In this document: in pieces, positions 53,001-63,789 of the stretch
Layout of the letters: the number at the start of each line of letters is the position of its first letter
Numbering within the stretch: position 1 is the stretch's first letter
Source: an uncultured candidate division Zixibacteria bacterium
GTDB lineage: Bacteria; Zixibacteria; MSB-5A5; GN15; PGXB01
Length of the DNA stretch: 64,000 nucleotides
Reading direction: 5' to 3'
Assembly (NCBI GenBank): GCA_963702205.1
Contig: OY969724.1
Span: 1 to 64,000 of the forward strand
Program-made: the position numbers and the translations under genes
The notes under the pieces: model-generated
The model's database searches: none
Seen by the model: the letters and a program-made list of their open reading frames with translations, nothing else
What the model was told of the DNA's origin: nothing

Positions 53001-53145
53001 GGTCGGGCTCGAAAGGCTCTCACCCCTGGCCGATGTGGCAGTGGGCGGGCTCCTGGTCGGAACGGTGCTGACATTGATATACATCCCAATGTTCGCCTAC
53101 AGCGTGGAAGGGAAAAAATCGATTCAAACCGGCAATTTAAAATGA
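50060..53145 (+). CDS. RND efflux permease, frameshift at C4 run 50697-50700
   Basis: GMLVDDAVVVLENI, IIKNSILL, RFRPVFMT; adding one C joins both ORFs. Confidence 0.88.
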
Positions 53146-53165
53146 TAATGTCAAATGAAATTTAA

Positions 53166-54551
53166 ATGTCTGGATATATCACCCGTATGATACATGGAAT
53201 TGGAAAAAGGCTTTTTATCTCAGGGCTGGTTTTTATTATTTTAGGTGTTATGGTGGTAACCGTAAAGGCAGGAGAGATTTCTTTTGATGGAGAGATCCGG
53301 GAACGATTCGAGACCCTGGATGGAATGAATAAAAAGACCTATGGTGATCATTCCATTGACGCAAAGGGAAATGTCAAAGGCGGCCCGGATGACCGGCTCC
53401 TGCTGCAGCGTATTATCGCGGGATTTACCTACAGGCAAAATGAGCACATCACCTATCATCTGCATATGTATGATGCACGGGTCCGGGGATGGTCTCTTGA
53501 CGAAGATAATTTTATAAAGAACAAAGGGACACCTGATGAATATACCATGGATCCAGATGAAGAATATTTTGAACTCCACGACGCCAACATAGAGATCAAC
53601 GACCTTTTCATCAATGGGCTCTCAACGCAACTGGGTCGACAGAAAATATGGTACGGTGACAAACGTATCTTCGGTCCCGGAGGTTGGGGAAACTCCATCG
53701 GCTGGCTCTGGGATGCGGTGCACTTTTCCTATAAGAAAAATGGCAATTTCATCGATGCATGGTACGGGCAGACAAAGACAAAAGATCCCTGTTCCTTCAG
53801 CCTCCTTGAAAAGCATGCGTACCAGGGTATAGGCTTTTATTCCCATTTCAGGACCATAAAACACGGCGCGATTGAACCGTTTTTCGCCTGGAAAAATAAT
53901 CTGTTTCATAGTGTTACGCCGGAAGAAAAAACATATTACTTTGGGGCAAGATTCTATGAAAAGGACTACAATAATCTCAACTGGGATATAACATATGCTG
54001 GCGAGAGAGGGGACATCGGGAATAAGACTGTTCGGGCCTATGGTTATATTGCCAAGGTGGGATATCTTTTCAGAAACATTCCCATGAGGCCGAATATAGT
54101 CCTCGGACGTGTCTTTGCCAGCGGTGACAGCAACACCACCGATAATACCATCAGGACATTTACAACGCCGTTCGGCTCCACCGACGGCGAGCATTACGGG
54201 CGAATGGATATCATGTCCTGGTCCAACCTGGTAGACAACCAGATTAATCTCTACGTTGACCCGACTGAAAAAAATCATATCAAGCTGTCCTGCCATAATT
54301 TCTTTCTGGATGAACCGGAGGACACATGGAGTTACTATAAATACAGGAACCTGCCGGGAAACAGTTATACACATCTGGGAAAGGAATTCGACTTTCAGTA
54401 CAGGTATGATTACTCCCGTGCTCTGAGCTTTCAGGTGAGTTACGCATATTTTGATGCCGGTGACTTTGTGACGAACAATGTGGAGGACAACGACACGCAT
54501 CGTTTATTTCTCCAATGTACATATCGCTTCCATTTTCCCTTGAGTAAATAA
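53166..54551 (+). CDS. Alginate-export-family outer-membrane beta-barrel
   Basis: GEIRERFE, LGRQKIWYGD, ASGD, LGKEFD; aromatic C-terminal strand. Confidence 0.75.
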   Translation: MSGYITRMIHGIGKRLFISGLVFIILGVMVVTVKAGEISFDGEIRERFETLDGMNKKTYGDHSIDAKGNVKGGPDDRLLLQRIIAGFTYRQNEHITYHLHMYDARVRGWSLDEDNFIKNKGTPDEYTMDPDEEYFELHDANIEINDLFINGLSTQLGRQKIWYGDKRIFGPGGWGNSIGWLWDAVHFSYKKNGNFIDAWYGQTKTKDPCSFSLLEKHAYQGIGFYSHFRTIKHGAIEPFFAWKNNLFHSVTPEEKTYYFGARFYEKDYNNLNWDITYAGERGDIGNKTVRAYGYIAKVGYLFRNIPMRPNIVLGRVFASGDSNTTDNTIRTFTTPFGSTDGEHYGRMDIMSWSNLVDNQINLYVDPTEKNHIKLSCHNFFLDEPEDTWSYYKYRNLPGNSYTHLGKEFDFQYRYDYSRALSFQVSYAYFDAGDFVTNNVEDNDTHRLFLQCTYRFHFPLSK

Positions 54552-54644
54552 AATATAGAAGACCATCCATGTGAAACTGAGAAGACCCGTACAAAATATT
54601 GAGCATAAAAAAAGATGCCTCCCAAAAGGAGATATGCGGATACT

Positions 54645-56894
54645 TTATCTATTGAAAGATACTGCTTCCACCACACCTGTTGCAACCAGATTTACAACCT
54701 CTTCCACAGTAACACCATATTGGCGAAGATGAACTGGCAACCTTGTACCCATAAGTATAGGGCCCACCGATACGGCTTTACCAATCTGCTGAATCAGATC
54801 AAGTGCCAGGTTCCCGGACTGCAGATCCGGGAAAATAAGGATATTGGCGTTTTCAACAAGTTCGGAAAAGGGAAAGTTTTTTGACCTTAATTTTTCGTCA
54901 ACAGCAACAGCCAGTTGTACTTCCCCGTCTATAATTAATTCGGGAGCACGATCCTTTGCTATCTCCGTGGCCCTTCGCACTTTGTTTGCGAGTGGATGTT
55001 CAACACTGCCGAAGTTGGAAAATGAAAGCATGGCGACACGAGGTTCAAGCCCCAGAGAGCTGACCCTGCTTGCTGTAAGTAATGCAATCTCTGCCAGATC
55101 TTCTGCACTGGGGTCTATATTAACGGCGCAGTCCGCAAGAAAATAGATGTTTTTAGGCAGCAGTATCATATGGTGACTTGAAATCCTTTTTATTTCCGGA
55201 GCAGGACCGATTATTTCCAGAATTGTTCGAAACGACCTGGCATAATGAGTGGATACCCCCGCGAACAGCATGTCTATATCCCCGGTATGAAGCATGAGAG
55301 ATGCGAAATAATCCCGCTCTCGAAGACGTTTTACGGCCTCCGGCCGCATCACACCTCTACGCTGCCCCATCTTGAAATACTCGTCCACATAAAATTCAAA
55401 GCGGGGACTTTTAAGCGGGTCAATTATATTTATACCTTCCAGGTCGAGATCGAGACTTCCGATAACCCTCAGGACCTCTTCACGATTTCCAAGCAGGGTT
55501 GGTTTTGCTATCCCCTCATCCAGTAAAATGGAACATGCACGCAAAATGGTCTCATCTGTCCCGTCTGAAAAAACTATGCTGAGGTTTTCCTGCCTTGCCT
55601 TCATGATTATTTTCCGCATGGTTTCCCGGCCTGTTCCTATTCGGACGGACAATCTTTCGCGATGTGATCGGTTATCTATTGAAATACGGGCAACACCCTC
55701 CTTGATAGCCTGTTGTGCAACAGCCGAGGACTCATATACCAGGATTCTCGGGTCAATAGGTTTTGGAAGAAGATATTCAGGTCCGAAGCTGAAATGCTCA
55801 TCACCATAAGCCCGTTCCACTTCCTCAACCACCTCTTCGCGGGCCAGTTCGGCCAGCGCCCTGGCTGCCGCTATCATCATTCCCTCAGTAATGCGCGTGG
55901 CCTGGACATCCAGCGCTCCCCTGAAAATATAAGGGAAGCTCAGGGTATCCAGAACAGCATTAGGATACAGCCCCACGCCTGTAGCGACAATTATATCTTT
56001 CCTGCTTGATTTGGCTGATTCATAATCGATTTCAGGATATGGAGTGGATAAAGCGAAAACTATTGGAAAGGAATTCATCGACCTGACCATCTCGGGATTG
56101 ATTGTACCGGAAACCGACGCTCCCAGAAACACGTCGGCCCCCTTCAGTCCTTCGGAAAGAGTCCGTGCCGAATGTTTCCAGGCAAAGGCCTTTTTATATT
56201 CAGGCAAATCCTTTCGATCCGGATGCAGTAAACCTTTTCTGTCATACACAAGAAGGTTTTCACGTTGAATCCCCAGGCGTAAAAACAACCTTGCGCACCC
56301 TATCCCCAATGTTCCGATGCCGCATATAACCACACGTACGTCTTCGATCTTTTTATCAACAAGGTCAAGCGCGTTCAGGAGAGCGGCAGAGGCTACAACC
56401 GCGGAACTGTAAAGATTTTCATGAAAAACCGGTATTTTCATCCGTTCACTGAGACGGTCATAAATATGCAAGCCTTCCCGCACACTTATATCTTTAATGT
56501 TTATCCCGCCGAAGGTCGGTTCCAGCATCAGGACCGTATCAATAAACTTCTCCGGATCCGTTGTGTTCAATTCAAGATCAAAGACATCTATATCCGCCAG
56601 TTGCTTGAATATAACCGCTATACCCTCCTGCATCGGTTTTGCTGCCTCCGGTCCCACGTTGCCCAGGCCGGGCACTGAGGAACCGTTTGTCAAAACACCC
56701 ACCAGATTGCCCTTTGATGTATAGTTGAAAATCTTTGACGGTTCCTCTGCGATGAGTTTTGAAGGAAATGTAGCTCCGGGAAGATAGGCCAGCCTCATTT
56801 CCCTGGGGGTCATACAGGGTTTGGAACTGTGTATTTCAATCTTCCCCGGACGTTCGGACGAGTGATACGTCAAGGAATCATTTTCTCTTATCAT
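54645..56894 (-). CDS. MaeB-like protein (malic enzyme + PTA domain) with degenerate active site
   Basis: MaeB architecture but EGI, NIKDI, FHENLYSS instead of EGK, NLEDI, FHDDQHGT. Confidence 0.85.
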   Translation of the reverse strand: MIRENDSLTYHSSERPGKIEIHSSKPCMTPREMRLAYLPGATFPSKLIAEEPSKIFNYTSKGNLVGVLTNGSSVPGLGNVGPEAAKPMQEGIAVIFKQLADIDVFDLELNTTDPEKFIDTVLMLEPTFGGINIKDISVREGLHIYDRLSERMKIPVFHENLYSSAVVASAALLNALDLVDKKIEDVRVVICGIGTLGIGCARLFLRLGIQRENLLVYDRKGLLHPDRKDLPEYKKAFAWKHSARTLSEGLKGADVFLGASVSGTINPEMVRSMNSFPIVFALSTPYPEIDYESAKSSRKDIIVATGVGLYPNAVLDTLSFPYIFRGALDVQATRITEGMMIAAARALAELAREEVVEEVERAYGDEHFSFGPEYLLPKPIDPRILVYESSAVAQQAIKEGVARISIDNRSHRERLSVRIGTGRETMRKIIMKARQENLSIVFSDGTDETILRACSILLDEGIAKPTLLGNREEVLRVIGSLDLDLEGINIIDPLKSPRFEFYVDEYFKMGQRRGVMRPEAVKRLRERDYFASLMLHTGDIDMLFAGVSTHYARSFRTILEIIGPAPEIKRISSHHMILLPKNIYFLADCAVNIDPSAEDLAEIALLTASRVSSLGLEPRVAMLSFSNFGSVEHPLANKVRRATEIAKDRAPELIIDGEVQLAVAVDEKLRSKNFPFSELVENANILIFPDLQSGNLALDLIQQIGKAVSVGPILMGTRLPVHLRQYGVTVEEVVNLVATGVVEAVSFNR

Positions 56895-56934
56895 GCAGTA
56901 ACCTCCAAAATAATTTTTTTAGAAAGGTATAATA

Positions 56935-59900
56935 TTAAAGCGTTAACGGATAATGTTTTATCGTCTCCTGAAGCGTCCTCATAAAACTTGTCACCGGACG
57001 GCATTGTAATATCCAGAGTTTATTATTCTCAAAGCAGAATTCAATGTCCAGGGGATACCCGTAGGCTATTTCAAGTCTGCCTGCTATTCTCACCAGATTA
57101 CAAATATCTGCATAACTGAGCGCGGGCTGCAGGCGCCTGTGATAGGGCGTCGAGGAATAAATTACGCCTCTGCCTTCCCATTTATTAAATACTGCCTGCC
57201 TCTTCTTTTCTCTTGTCAGGTAGCGAAAATTAATCGGTAAATCAGGTGTCTCTAGTACTTTCTTGTCTTTTTCCACAAATATCCGGTCACCGGGAACCCT
57301 TCCCATAACAATTCCAGTGCCCAGCCCGGGCCCTGCGTTGATGACCATTTCCTTGAGATTCCCTTCCGCAATGTTTATCGTCTGAAGTACACCTGAGACC
57401 CGGGGAGAAATAATGCGCTGGATTATTACGCCTCCCTCCGGCATTTCATAAACAGACCCCGTGAGCAATCTGTGATATAATGCACGTTCACCCCAGAAGC
57501 CGCCCCACACTCTTTTCAGATATTTTAAAACATCCCCTTCCCCGTGTATAAAAAGAAAAGTGTCGAACAGGCCGGCATTCGTTGTAATCTCTGTGTCCTC
57601 ATCTCCGGCTGAAGATCGTATTGATACATAATCATTTAAATCCCTGTCAGACATCCCTTCACCGGCAATATTTCCAAGGCGTTTGTAAGCAGTAACAACC
57701 TCCTGAATCAGTTCATCTGGAAGAATAGCATCTTCCCATATCTGCAAAATTTTCCGGGCTTTTTGCATATGATCAATATCACGGCGTACTAGCACCTCAT
57801 TTAATGCTCCCCTCAGAGTTCCTGCGGAAGACATCCCAACGATGTTTTTCGTTGCCCTGTCAAGTGGCAGATCCATCACCCGGGTTAAGGCATGGTTGGT
57901 AACAGCAAACCAGGGGGGAACCAGTCCATCTCCTTCCAGCCGCTCTACTTCGGACAGGTTGGCAGCCTTCCAGCCTATCAGGCCGGAAAGTTCAATACCA
58001 CCGTCTTCGGGCCCCAGGATGGAACATTTTTCAAGCTGATTCAGTGAGATTTCATCATTTAATATAATTTTTTCTCTTATCTCGTTGATCGGATTTTTCA
58101 TCACTGTTGAAGTTCCAAGAACAGAATCCAGTCTTTCCAACTGCAAGATTAAATGCCTGACATGATATTTCATCAGCGGTGACAGATTTCCTTCAATATC
58201 CTGAGACAGCAGTTCCAGTTTCTGCTCAAGATCTTTTCTGAAGTGCGTATCCATATCCTCACTTCCGGACAGGTCCACCCTGATATCTTCGAAACCGCAA
58301 CTGCGTAAAGATTCATATGCCTCATTGACTGCGCGCCGAATCCGCAGTATCTTAAGCCGCATATAAAGTATCTCATAAATATTAACATAAGAACGGAGCT
58401 GTTTTTTGAGTTCCTCCAGCAGTGCCCGGTGCCTGAGATTGAGGCTCATATAAGCATCCAGCAGATGGCCCCTGGCAGCTTCCCCCAGGTCAGGATTTTT
58501 CAAGATAATGGAAATCAGGCTTGCCTTCTCGTTTCGGCTTCCACTGTTAAATGAAAGATATTCACTCATAAGCAGTTCGTACACTATATGACATGCCAGA
58601 AAAGGATCAGAAAGCCTTGCAAGCTGTTTATCAAGGCGATGAAGCGCCCGAAGCCTTCTGCCCCTGAGGTTCAGTATAAACTGATTGCCCTTTGACGCCA
58701 TAAGACTTTCGGTAGTTTCACAAAAATGCGCGAGAGTGTCATGGAACTTGATGGCATCCCTGTCCTGGCCCAGAATCGATAAAAAACCTTTCTCCGAGTC
58801 CAGGACAACAAGGTCTCCTTCCTTTATATACTGATTATTCCTGGTGGTGATAGACCTTGCCGATATTTTATAGCCCAGATATTCTTTACTCTCTTCATGA
58901 AACTCGGAGCAGTAGCTGCGAAGGTTCATTTTACCGTCAATAGACTGTTCCCATTTTCCGTTTATAATCATGGAAGGCTTTTTGAACTGAAGAGCAGTAA
59001 GGGCCGAATGACTCAATATCCCTCCACTCGTGGTAACTATACCCGAACAGTTGTATATCAGGGCATTATCATCCAGGCTGACAACCGGCGTGACAAGAAT
59101 TTTGCCTTGAAAATCTTCAGGCGGTCTGTTTTCCGAGTTAAAGAGTATCCTTCCAACAACCCGTCCCGGCGAAACCTTTACCCCTTTTATAATTCTTTCT
59201 CCCTTAAAAGGTACATGTTCTCTCTTCCTGTTAATCTGCCTGAAACTTTCTCCAACAGATTTTACCTTTTCAGGAGAGTCTTCAGTTACCTCCATTCCGG
59301 GCATCAGACAGTTGCCTTCCCGGAGCCATTTTGACAGTTTATTCGCATCCAGGCTAAAATTTGACTTCCAAGGCTTGCCGGGGTCACTTCTCTTCCTGTA
59401 AAGAATCCGGCCATCTGTAAAAAATGAAAAACGTATAATACCCTCTTCATCTCTCAGCACATAAATTCCTATTATCCTGTCAAAAACAGGTATGGAGGTA
59501 TATTGTATCCTGTATCCGTTGAGGATGCCTGAATTTATAAAATATGTATTCTGATCCAGGGGCCTTATCAGGCCGGAAAGTGAAAAAGAAGACGCCATGA
59601 GGCCCTCCGGGTCGGAAAGTATCTCGGCAAAACGTTCCGCTTCCCACTCATTATGAAATAAATCAGAAGGGGCCTGTGATAAACCCCGGGGCCCTTCTAC
59701 AATACCGCCGGATGAAATGGCTTCCCTGAGGGGTTTGAAAATTAAATTTTCGATCTGAAGCTGGCCAATGTCATTTCCCGATGACTGGCTGGAAAAACGA
59801 TGGATATCAAGGCCGAGCTTCCTTAAAGATGTTTTCAGGCCGGTCAAAAGATCTTTCGGCAACGGAGAAGCGATCCGGTCGACATATGGCTCCTTTCCGT

Positions 59901-62007
59901 CCCATATAACCTCCTGATCTCCCGTGGGGCCATGTATCCGGCTGACAAGGATCCCCTGGCGGTCGCCTGTAAGGCACTGCTCCAGTGGAAGCACTCCCCA
60001 TTTTTTGAAGAATCCTGCCCATGCCTCTGTAACCAGGCCGCGCGACTCTTTACCAAGATTCAGGGAGCTGATAACCCAGTCTATATCCATGAAATAAGGA
60101 ACCAGATTAAACAGCATCTCAGCTTTTTCATACAGGTTTTTTGTATCCATGGCCCTGTTTTTATCATAGCGGACACAGATATGAGTAAGGTTAACCTGGA
60201 CATCATATCCGAGGTATTCGAAAAAATATTTAATGGCATCAAGAGACAGGTTGGGATGCTTATCGATCTCCGTTTTACTCACTCCATAATATTCTAGATC
60301 AATCATTCCGCCGTTCAAGGGGTGGGAAAAATTAATTCTGAGGAAAGCAGGGTGATTCCTGAAGGATATGTAGTAATTAATTTCATTCCCGTAACAGAAT
60401 ATCTTCATTCCGGGAAAATCCTTTTTCCCCCGGAGCATCTGCCGTGCATAGGCATCGGCTGCGATCCTGACCGGGTAGGGTATGTGTGTCGGGTCAGGGC
60501 TCTCTTTTTCCGGCTCAAAGTTAATATAACTTATACATGATAAGGCATTAAGGACCTTCTTTTCTGATGCAGTGAGCAGGGAGACAGTTCTGTTCATAGC
60601 ACAACTCGAGTTTATCAGGCGAAAACCCAGCCGGAGCCCCTTTTGATGGAGATAACGTTTCAGCCCGTGCAGTGTTTGAACCTTGCCGAGTTTGGGAGGA
60701 TCCTCGTACATCTGGACAAGCCTGGACAGCTCAAGGGTTGGTCTATTCCTTATTTTTCCCTTCTCTACCTCGGAAAGGATCTGATTTTTAAGTTTACTGT
60801 ATACATCAGGCAATATAGCACTTTCATCCGAATATGATGAAAAAAGCGCCATATAATCGGTAACTATACTGTCCATTGCCGCAAGCAGCCGATTCACTTT
60901 TTCGGGTGTAAGCTGTGCAGTCTCTGTAAAATCAGCTATAATTCTGGAATGGGCAAGATTGTAGGATCGGAAAAGAATAACAGGGTCCTTATCCTTTGCC
61001 CTTTGCTGCTTTTCATCCTGGACACCGCCGTGACATATAAAAAGATAAATATCACTGCCACGTCTGGCATCCTTCCGGGTATCAAACAGCGTTGCCTCGG
61101 ACGGGGAAACCATCAGCGGGAAGGAATCTCCAATTTTGAGGCTGATAAGTCTTTGGGACTCAATACCATAATTGATGCACTGCCATCCAATTCGTGAAGT
61201 AATGTCCTTCAATATGCTCCTGCCGCATGATGACTCGACTTTATTTAGCTGGTTCAGCGCGGGCGAAGACTCTCCGTGCGATGGAGTGATTTGAAGAAGA
61301 TCCATGTATGAGGCCCTGGTGAATAACAGATAAGGCGCAAAAAACCGGAATGCATCTTCTCCCAGAACTTCAAGTGCCACATCCTCCCTGACCGGTTCTC
61401 CAGGTAAGTCCAAAACCCGGGCTGCCAGCCTGCGTAATTTGATATCCTTGTGATGCAGGAATATCCCCGGCGCCCCACCCCTGGCATCAGCAGAGAAATC
61501 TCCTGGTAAACAACTCACTATTTTTGCCACAGCATTAAGATATTCCGCTGTGTTCAAGATGGTTTCATCATTTTCAATTTTATCGGCGAAAAATTCCAAT
61601 ACGTCGGAACCAACCGGCAAGGAGCCTGATTGTGCAAGAGAGGCTGCGAGATCAGCCGCCTTCAGAGCCAATTTTGCCTCCCTTACTGATAAGAGCCCCT
61701 GGAGAAAAGGCCAGGGATTTTTTATATTTATGGTTATATTATAAAAAAGATCAAATAAAGGAGTGACGATATCACCCATTTTCTTCGGTAATAAAGGGAT
61801 TAAAATTTTCAGGTGATCGAGCTCTGCCGAATCGGGCGGAGCTTCAATTAGATTCAGGAGCAGGGAACAGGACGTCCGCACACGCTCAGGGCTCCCCATA
61901 ACAATATTAAATTCTGCAGTTATATCCCTGATAATAGCTGATACTGCTATATTTTTATCTGCATTTGAATAACGCTCTTCATGGCTTTCGGACTTTGATC
62001 GGTTCAT
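56935..62007 (-). CDS. 1690-aa PEP-utilising/dikinase-like protein (His-swivel + PPDK-type ATP-binding domain)
   Basis: SGGILSHSA phospho-His motif; IGWKAANL, IRSSAGDED..AGLFDT, DIEF..LQCRPVT. Confidence 0.82.
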   Translation of the reverse strand: MNRSKSESHEERYSNADKNIAVSAIIRDITAEFNIVMGSPERVRTSCSLLLNLIEAPPDSAELDHLKILIPLLPKKMGDIVTPLFDLFYNITINIKNPWPFLQGLLSVREAKLALKAADLAASLAQSGSLPVGSDVLEFFADKIENDETILNTAEYLNAVAKIVSCLPGDFSADARGGAPGIFLHHKDIKLRRLAARVLDLPGEPVREDVALEVLGEDAFRFFAPYLLFTRASYMDLLQITPSHGESSPALNQLNKVESSCGRSILKDITSRIGWQCINYGIESQRLISLKIGDSFPLMVSPSEATLFDTRKDARRGSDIYLFICHGGVQDEKQQRAKDKDPVILFRSYNLAHSRIIADFTETAQLTPEKVNRLLAAMDSIVTDYMALFSSYSDESAILPDVYSKLKNQILSEVEKGKIRNRPTLELSRLVQMYEDPPKLGKVQTLHGLKRYLHQKGLRLGFRLINSSCAMNRTVSLLTASEKKVLNALSCISYINFEPEKESPDPTHIPYPVRIAADAYARQMLRGKKDFPGMKIFCYGNEINYYISFRNHPAFLRINFSHPLNGGMIDLEYYGVSKTEIDKHPNLSLDAIKYFFEYLGYDVQVNLTHICVRYDKNRAMDTKNLYEKAEMLFNLVPYFMDIDWVISSLNLGKESRGLVTEAWAGFFKKWGVLPLEQCLTGDRQGILVSRIHGPTGDQEVIWDGKEPYVDRIASPLPKDLLTGLKTSLRKLGLDIHRFSSQSSGNDIGQLQIENLIFKPLREAISSGGIVEGPRGLSQAPSDLFHNEWEAERFAEILSDPEGLMASSFSLSGLIRPLDQNTYFINSGILNGYRIQYTSIPVFDRIIGIYVLRDEEGIIRFSFFTDGRILYRKRSDPGKPWKSNFSLDANKLSKWLREGNCLMPGMEVTEDSPEKVKSVGESFRQINRKREHVPFKGERIIKGVKVSPGRVVGRILFNSENRPPEDFQGKILVTPVVSLDDNALIYNCSGIVTTSGGILSHSALTALQFKKPSMIINGKWEQSIDGKMNLRSYCSEFHEESKEYLGYKISARSITTRNNQYIKEGDLVVLDSEKGFLSILGQDRDAIKFHDTLAHFCETTESLMASKGNQFILNLRGRRLRALHRLDKQLARLSDPFLACHIVYELLMSEYLSFNSGSRNEKASLISIILKNPDLGEAARGHLLDAYMSLNLRHRALLEELKKQLRSYVNIYEILYMRLKILRIRRAVNEAYESLRSCGFEDIRVDLSGSEDMDTHFRKDLEQKLELLSQDIEGNLSPLMKYHVRHLILQLERLDSVLGTSTVMKNPINEIREKIILNDEISLNQLEKCSILGPEDGGIELSGLIGWKAANLSEVERLEGDGLVPPWFAVTNHALTRVMDLPLDRATKNIVGMSSAGTLRGALNEVLVRRDIDHMQKARKILQIWEDAILPDELIQEVVTAYKRLGNIAGEGMSDRDLNDYVSIRSSAGDEDTEITTNAGLFDTFLFIHGEGDVLKYLKRVWGGFWGERALYHRLLTGSVYEMPEGGVIIQRIISPRVSGVLQTINIAEGNLKEMVINAGPGLGTGIVMGRVPGDRIFVEKDKKVLETPDLPINFRYLTREKKRQAVFNKWEGRGVIYSSTPYHRRLQPALSYADICNLVRIAGRLEIAYGYPLDIEFCFENNKLWILQCRPVTSFMRTLQETIKHYPLTL

Positions 62008-62218
62008 AGTCCATCCTCTTTAATCCGGATGTCCGCGGATAATCTCTTTAAATAATTCAGCGAACAGTATTCAACACCTGCAAAAATGTCAAGGGTAAAA
62101 CATATTGATATTAAAGGGTTTTTATATATTAATGATAAACTGGCCCTTTTGGGGATAAAGAGTTTGACTATGTAATAACTCTTTGTGACAATGCCTGTGA
62201 ATTGAGTGGTTTTTAAAG

Positions 62219-63491
62219 ATGCAGGATAACAGTAATAAAAATAAAAGAGAACAGGGACGGAAGTATTTCAAGGCCGATTCTTCAGGCAGCATAATAATCC
62301 CGGCGGAAACCGCCACAGGACTGGGCATTAATTCCGGAGACCATATCAGATATACCCAAAAGGGAAGCGTTTTAACTCTTAGACTTCCAATGCGACTGGC
62401 AAAGCTGTACGTGGAGGTTACAAATCAGTGCAACCTTAACTGCCGCACATGCATAAGGCATGTATGGGATGAACGGCCCGGTATGATGTCCGAAAAGGTT
62501 TTTGAATCCATAATGGAAGGCTTATCCTCTTTCCCTGATCTTCCTGAAAAGATCTTTTTCGGGGGCTTTGGCGAACCCCTTTCGCACCCCGGAATAATCC
62601 GGATGATCTCCCGCGTTAAAGCCCTGGGCATGTCAGCAGAGCTGATTACCAACGGTACGCTTCTTAAAAGAGAAGATGATTGAACGCCTGATCGAATCCG
62701 GCCTCGATCGGATGTGGATATCCCTTGATGGATCGACCCCTGAAAGTTTTTCCGATATCCGCATGGGCGCACAGCTGCCGAACATCATGGAAAACCTCAG
62801 GCTTTTAAATAAATTGAACAGTGTGGGCGGCCGCGGGTTCTCACAACATATGGAAATCGGCATTGCCTTTGTTGCGATGAAGCGCAATATCAGGGAACTG
62901 CCCGCAGTAATAGATATCGGTAAAAATATCGGTGCAAACCGGGTCCTCGTCACCAACGTGCTTCCCTATACCGAAGCCATGGTTGACGAGGCCATGTATT
63001 ATCGGTCTGTAAACAGAAGAAACTTTGATCTGGATCTGCCGTTGATGGACATGGATGACATTTCATTAGACTCGATCCGAAGGGCGGCGGACACTATAAA
63101 TATGACCATCCCCTTTATCCCTTCGGAAGCACTCAGAAATAAATGTCCTTTTATTGAAGACGGGGCAGGGGCTATCGGCTGGAATGGTGACATCAGCCCA
63201 TGCCTCCCTCTGCTGCATAATCATGAGGGTTTTCTTGGCTTCCTGACCTATGGAACCCGTCAATCGAAAAAATGGGCAATAGGAAACGTGCTTGAACAGG
63301 ATCTCTTTAAGCTTTGGAATACCCAGGAACACAAAGCCTTTCGTGAGCGTGTAATGGATTTTGATTTCTCCCCGTGTATTACATGCGGAGGGTGTGATCT
63401 GTCAGAGAAGAATGAGGAAGACTGCATAGGTAACAGGTACCCGACCTGCGGAGCATGCCTCTGGGCTCAGGGAATAATAAGGTGTCCATAA
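62219..63491 (+). CDS. Radical SAM/SPASM protein resembling tungsten-oxidoreductase maturases, frameshift at A4 run 62666-62669
   Basis: CNLNCRTC, GGFGEP, C-terminal CITCGGC...DC...TCGACLW...CP; AbrB-like N-terminus. Confidence 0.8.
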
Positions 63492-63514
63492 GAGATGGGC
63501 TTTTTACCCGATGC

Positions 63515-63692
63515 TGTTGAATTAAGCCCTCAATTTCAAAAATTCAGCGACATATAACAAACATAGTAATAGCCAACCACTGAGGACACGGAGCCCACGG
63601 AGATTTTATCTTCAAAGCTTTTATTCCGTGCTCTCCGTGGTAAAAACTAATTATCGTATTCACGCCAATGTGAATTTAGGCTTAATTCAACA
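63515..63692. repeat. Palindromic MITE-like element
   Basis: TGTTGAATTAAGCC / GGCTTAATTCAACA perfect IR; inner CACGGAG / CTCCGTG repeats. Confidence 0.65.
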
Positions 63693-63789
63693 TCAATGGA
63701 TTTTATACCCGTCTCTACATAACATCTCACCGGCAATGAATTTATATCTGCATTGATTAATAGAAAGTTTTAAAAAGTAAATAATTAGT

